In this document: one piece after another, positions 58,201-64,000 of the stretch | How positions within the stretch are numbered: the first letter of the stretch is position 1 | Layout of the letters: the number at the start of each line of letters is the position of its first letter | Source: Trypanosoma brucei | Lineage: Eukaryota | Direction of reading: 5' to 3' | DNA: 64,000 nucleotides | Assembly: GCA_000002445.1 (NCBI GenBank) | Contig: CP000066.1 | Coordinates: 832,001 to 896,000 of the forward strand | Made by a program: the position numbers and the translations under genes | Notes under the pieces: model-generated | Told to the model about the DNA's origin: nothing | Seen by the model: only the letters and a program-made list of their open reading frames with translations | The model's database searches: none

Positions 58201-59990
58201 CTTCCACTGATCACATGCATTGGTGGCACATCATGGCCCATCTTTCATGGTTATCGCCCCTACGGCGCATAATGGTGTGTTATCGCACAAAACCCTGTTA
58301 CAATGCGATTGGGTAACGCCCTTCCACTGATCACATGCATTGGTGGCACATCATGGCCCATCTTTCATGGTTATCGCCCCTACGGCGCATAATGGCGTGT
58401 TATCGCACAAAACCCTGTTACAGTGTGATTGGGTAACGCCCTTCCACTGATCACATGCATTGGTGGCACATCATGGCCCATCTTTCATGGTTATCGCCCC
58501 TACGGCGCATAATGGTGTGTTATCGCACAAAACCCTGTTACAATGCGATTGGGTAACGCCCTTCCACTGATCACATGCATTGGTGGCACATCATGGCCCA
58601 TGTTTCATGGTTATCGCCCCTACGGCGCATAATGGTGTGTTATCGCACAAAACCCTGTTACAATGCGATTGGGTAACGCCCTTCCACTGATCACATGCAT
58701 TGGTGGCACATCATGGCCCATATTTCATGGTTATCGCCCCTACGGCGCATAATGGCGTGTTATCGCACAAAACCCTGTTACAGTGTGATTGGGTAACGCC
58801 CTTCCACTGATCACATGCATTGGTGGCACATCATGGCCCATCTTTCATGGTTATCGCCCCTACGGCGCATAATGGTGAGTTATCGCACAAAACCCTGTTA
58901 CAGTGTGATTGGGTAACGCCCTTCCACTGATCACATGCATTGGTGGCACATCATGGCCCATCTTTCATGGTTATCGCCCCTACGGCGCATAATGGTGAGT
59001 TATCGCACAAAACCCTGTTACAGTGTGATTGGGTAACGCCCTTCCACTGATCACATGCATTGGTGGCACATCATGGCCCATCTTTCATGGTTATCGCCCC
59101 TACGGCGCATAATGGTGAGTTATCGCACAAAACCCTGTTACAGTGTGATTGGGTAACGCCCTTCCACTGATTACATGCATTGGTGGCACATCATGGCCCA
59201 TCTTTCATGGTTATCGCCCCTACGGCGCATAATGGCGTGTTATCGCACAAAACCCTGTTACAGTGTGATTGGGTAACGCCCTTCCACTGATTACATGCAT
59301 TGGTGGCACATCATGGCCCATGTTTCATGGTTATCGCCCCTACGGCGCATAATGGCGTGTTATCGCACAAAACCCTGTTACAGTGTGATTGGGTAACGCC
59401 CTTCCACTGATCACATGCATTGGTGGCACATCATGGCCCATCTTTCATGGTTATCGCCCCTACGGCGCATAATGGTGAGTTATCGCACAAAACCCTGTTA
59501 CAGTGTGATTGGGTAACGCCCTTCCACTGATCACATGCATTGGTGGCACATCATGGCCCATCTTTCATGGTTATCGCCCCTACGGCGCATAATGGTGAGT
59601 TATCGCACAAAACCCTGTTACAGTGTGATTGGGTAACGCCCTTCCACTGGTTACATGCATTGGTGGCACATCATGGCCCATCTTTCATGGTTATCGCCCC
59701 TACGGCGCATAATGGCGTGTTATCGCACAAAACCCTGTTACAGTGTGATTGGGTAACGCCCTTCCACTGATTACATGCATTGGTGGCACATCATGGCCCA
59801 TGTTTCATGGTTATCGCCCCTACGGCGCATAATGGCGTGTTATCGCACAAAACCCTGTTACAGTGTGATTGGGTAACGCCCTTCCACTGATCACATGCAT
59901 TGGTGGCACATCATGGCCCATGTTTCATGGTTATCGCCCCTACGGCGCATAATGGTGTGTTATCGCACAAAACCCTGTTACAATGCGATT
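52281..59990. repeat. 120-bp tandem satellite array (about 64 copies, about 51% GC); candidate centromere-associated repeat
   Basis: The unit tacggcgcataatggcgtgttatcgcacaaaaccctgttacagtgtgattgggtaacgcccttccactgatcacatgcattggtggcacatcatggcccatctttcatggttatcgcccc repeats with an exact 120-bp period. Four polymorphic sites define variant units arranged in recurring blocks. Confidence 0.95.
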
Positions 59991-62900
59991 ATTTCTTGTG
60001 TGTTTTGTAACATCGGTGGGAATTCGTGATTGGTTGAGTTGATGGTTGCTGTTTCTGTGTTTCTTGCCTTAAATGTTTTTCCTCTCCATCACTCTGTGTC
60101 TTTTCTTTTATTAGACTTTTCACCTTATGTTTCTCCGCTACTTTTCCGCTTACATTGTCACATAACCTCGTTCCATTTAGAGGATTTTCAGCTGTTTGCT
60201 CAAGAAGTGTTGCGCCAGTGTATCTGTTTTTGGTGTTGTCGTCTGTGTTTCCATTCTTACCGGAGACAATAGCGTAACCTCCTTTATATTCCTATTTTCT
60301 TTGGGTCACGCTCGAGCCATTCTTTACCCCGTGCACCTGTGTTTGTTGGCAAGCTATTCAATCGTTCTTATTCTGCGAGTAGTGTGTGGTGAAAGTACAA
60401 AAAAAATGACTTTATCAGCATTCATGCACATCCCTACTTAGAATATGATTCTATTGCTGTCGCTAATTCAGTTCAATTTCGAGTTCCAGTTTAATACCCA
60501 GCACCCTCCGTATGTGGCCACGCCCAGCTGTGAGGACCAGTTACGCCTTCGAGGCTTTATTGCGGCCTTCCCAGAGTTGGCTCTCCTCAGTTTCCCTTCC
60601 AAATGCCCCTGGACGAGGCAGCCTGCTTCGCCTGGCTGTGTGTATGGAGCTAACTCCCGACTGCTCCAGTTCATATCGGCACCGGTCATCAATGCGCTAA
60701 CTGTTGGGCGGAGCGAATCCGGCGCTCGCCTTGTGGCCGCTTCCGCTTTTTAGGGATATGTTGGCAGAAATGTGACTTGTAGCCCCTGCCCGGCATCGAT
60801 TTAGCCGATGCTCTTTCATACCTCCCTGTACATCGCGGGGCCCAAAGCATACCGTCGCTACCCGTTTCAAGTATTGGTTCTGTCTTCATTTTCAGGGCCG
60901 TGCAATTTCTATGGTCTTCTGTTAATATTTCATTTTTGTATTCCGCTTCTTTGGGCACACGTAATCCTCGCAAAATTCAGAAATTGACGTCGTAACTGTG
61001 AAGTTGCTTTGCCAAAGCGAATCTTTTCGGCTGTGGGAGCTCCCTAGCTCCCCATTGCGATCCATGTGGGATTGTGTCCGGGTTATTTTTGTAGAGCGTG
61101 CTTGATGACTGTGCTGGCCTACAGACCACCGAAAAGGTGCCCTCACGATTGCAGAAGGGTAAGGTGATGTTCCTTTTCATCCCCGAGAACCGATGACTTT
61201 GATGCCTGCTCCCCCCGGAGGCCGACAATCATCTGCCTGCCCCAATCACTAAGGAACAGAATTCATGAACACGCTCGGTTTTCCCTCTCATCTGGAATAT
61301 GGGCCCTGACATTACTATGGAGTGTGCAACGTAATAAGGGGTGAGTGGTAGCTCAGCGACTTGACTGCTTGGAAGGGCAGAAACGCATACGCCAGTAAAG
61401 GTTTCGACCATGGACGGTCACCGCCAACTTCATTTCCGAAGCGGCAAAAGCAATCAAACTGGGGGAAAGCCATTTTCTTGAATCGTAGCGACTTTTCTAA
61501 ACTTAGAGATGATACTTGATTCAGTTGAGCACAGTCATGTCGTCCGTGCATCGGAGCAGCTGAAAGCAAGTTCTTTCCCAATGCAGTGGACAAAATGTTT
61601 AACGCCCAACGGAGCGGGAAGGGTCAGAAGCAATACGCTTTCTCAGAGCTCCAGTTGGACGTGTGGGATCCATAGGGGATCGGTGCTACGCCACCGACTC
61701 TCAACTGTAACGATGGAGCGGCAGGGTAAACTACTCGAAGGAACGTGGAGGAACCTACACCACCTTCGGCGCGGACAAATAACACCCAAAAAGACGAACT
61801 GAGAAAGTGAAAAAATGAGAGCTGCGCTGCAACGGAGAAGGTGGTTTTCGCGATAGTTGCTCAGAAGGTGCTTTATGGAAGTGGTGGAAAAAAAAAACGG
61901 GCCGCACGCCACTTGGATTGGGCGCTTGGAATCCACCAAGCCTCAGGCTGGCAAGAAAAAAGTTAAATGGTGCCAAGACCGAAAAGCTCCGAGCCCCTCT
62001 GCAGCCGTTGAAAGAGGTGCTGAAGCATGTTCAACAAACGGCAAATCAGAAAGGACGAAATTAAGGAGGCCCAAAGCCGCAGTGTTACCTGAACGGGGCT
62101 CCCCAGAAGGAAGCGTTTACAGCCCTCCACTCTGGGCCCACACCAGCAAAGATGAACTACGGTATCGCTTTTAGGTGGTTCTGGGCCCCCACTTGAAGCG
62201 GTGAGAGGGGAGGATGGAAGGCATGCGAACGCAGTCGGCATGCACGATTGCTTGGGTCTCATCGGACGCAAACAAACAAGACATGCTCAAAAAAACACGA
62301 CTGATATTTGTTTGAAAAGCGGCAAACAAGAGGGTGATGGAACGCAACCCGCTGTACAATGCTAAAAGGGGACGCTTTTCAGACAAAGTCGATGATTTCC
62401 TCAAGACCATTCAACACATGAATGGCTGAATTCAGTGGAGGCATGGTGCTCCGAGATCAAAAATCAGGGTGTACTCTATAAATGAGGCTCATTGAATGCT
62501 GGCCCCTGAATGTGCACAAATGTGTCTCCCCCTATGGGAGCGTGAGAACGGGTGCGCCGCGTGGAGAGAACTGGGTCCACACAGTGAAAAAAATGGAAAG
62601 ATGGATCGGGGAGGTTAAACACTTCTCGGGGCTCAGGGGAGATAATCTCAGACAAGGAGTATGGAAAAGTAAGGAAATAAAGAGGCACCGAAAGGTTAGC
62701 ACGCAGCCACCAGACGGGGTGTGTTGACAAGCCCGAAGGTCGCCGGAGCTTTCCTTCTTGCCGAAACGGTCCGCGCGTTCAAAGCGCGTCCCCTCATCGA
62801 CTATCGGTCGCTGCTTTTGGCACTGCAGAACAGGCTTACTGCGCTCGTGGATAAAGCCGCGCCGCTGATATAAGCGCTCCACCCGCGTGCGGACGCCGCG

Positions 62901-64000
62901 GGGCCCTCGTGCATTCACAGTTTATTTACAGTCGCTGAGGTGTGGCCGTGGCTGGGCTTTCAGGCGTGGAGGCCCAAGCCACCGCCAACTTTCAAGTGTG
63001 TGTGTGTGTATGGGGACGGGGGGGGGGGGGGTGGCATAAATACCCGAAGTCACTGGACTTGCCAAACGGGCCGTCAGAGTATTCAGGATAAAGGCACGTA
63101 GACAAATCAGAAACCACTATGAATTCACCCCGTAAGATGCATCGCCCAGCCCAGGACAGGCTAGTGAACTCGCGCCATGTTGGACGGGGAAACAGGCTTC
63201 ATGTGGGCGGGTCTTTTGAACCGGTGGGCTAGCACAAGAGGAAGAAAGGTGGCGACGAGCTCCTAGCAGGGGCCGGTAAGATTCAAAATAGCGACCCACC
63301 CCTAACCGTGTACGAATGCGATTGGATTCCTGCATAACCTTGCTGCATGATGGGGTTTCAACCCAGGGAAGTGGTGCGAGGCACACGCGTCGCGTGCGAA
63401 ATCTCTCTTTCGGCGAGACGTCGTATTAACTGAAATAGGACACGGAACTCGGGGTTGCGCCAGAACTCGCGGCTGATGCTTTGTCTTGCCCGCCAAAGCT
63501 GCATGTATGCTTTGTATGCCGCGCATCCTTTTTTTGTTTATCGCGCTCGGTGGGTCACATGCCATCAACTTGCTGCTACCGAAGTCAGAGCGAACCATAT
63601 TCACTTCCTGGAGGATTACTGTATGTTATGTCCGAACTAGTTATGCGTGACCAGTTGCAAACGTTCAGCTTTTAGTCCTCGGTCTTCCTTAATTGCGAAA
63701 ACAGTTTACTTGAGAGTGAAAGGCTTCTGCCTCTTTTTTTTTTTTTTTTGAGCCAAACGTAGAAGAGCATAGTGGAGTTTACAATTTTCATTCAGAGGAG
63801 TGGGCAGCTTTTTGTGTAGTCTATTCTCCTTTATAGGGGTGTTCCTCTCGAATGAAGAAAGTACATGTTGGAAGAGAATGAGGGGTTTCTTAATTTCTTG
63901 GAGGAATTGTGCAAGGTTCTTGGTGAACACTGTCTTCTGCATATTTTCGCCCTCAAGCCCGAAGTGACTGCGGAGCACTTTAGGCTTGAGCGCACGAGTA

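Noticed and set aside
59540-59770. 76-aa ORF within the satellite (and similar small ORFs)
   Set aside because: It is a chance open frame in a 120-bp repeat. The periodic peptide repeats itself, and there is no start context.
63826-63845. gttcctctcg, reminiscent of the reverse complement of the rRNA sarcin-ricin loop
   Set aside because: The match breaks after 10 nt. No flanking rRNA-like conservation and no 18S/28S landmark motifs are present in 60-64 kb.

Overview
This window reads as a trypanosomatid (most likely Trypanosoma brucei) chromosome-core region. The genes are dense and intron-less, with polypyrimidine-rich intergenic regions. All confident genes lie on the minus strand, forming one directional (polycistronic) cluster from about 41.3 kb down to coordinate 1. 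ORF-track coordinates include the stop codon. Genes recognised with confidence are a glycosomal ATP-phosphofructokinase (C-terminal AKL), VPS4, two identical tandem 60S ribosomal protein L13 copies, a small HSP20, a class-I cyclic-nucleotide phosphodiesterase, two tandem kinesins, an M18 aspartyl aminopeptidase and a NOP2/Sun RNA methyltransferase. Calls made with lower confidence are a lysophospholipid-type acyltransferase, an FCP1/NIF-type phosphatase, a SET-domain protein, a protein kinase with a cysteine-rich N-terminus, and a candidate SP-RING zinc-finger protein. Upstream of the cluster head lies a roughly 2 kb gene-free region. It is followed by a degenerate ingi-clade non-LTR retrotransposon on the minus strand: a 2A-like peptide plus AP-endonuclease, then reverse transcriptase/RNase H, then C2H2 fingers, broken by one frameshift and one in-frame TGA. 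After a 3 kb non-coding spacer and an assembly gap of 110 N comes a tandem array of at least 7.7 kb with about 64 copies of a 120-bp satellite that shows higher-order variant structure. The last 4 kb are non-coding. The most interesting reading of the retroelement plus satellite at the head of a directional gene cluster is a centromere-associated repeat domain. No RNA genes could be supported by eye.
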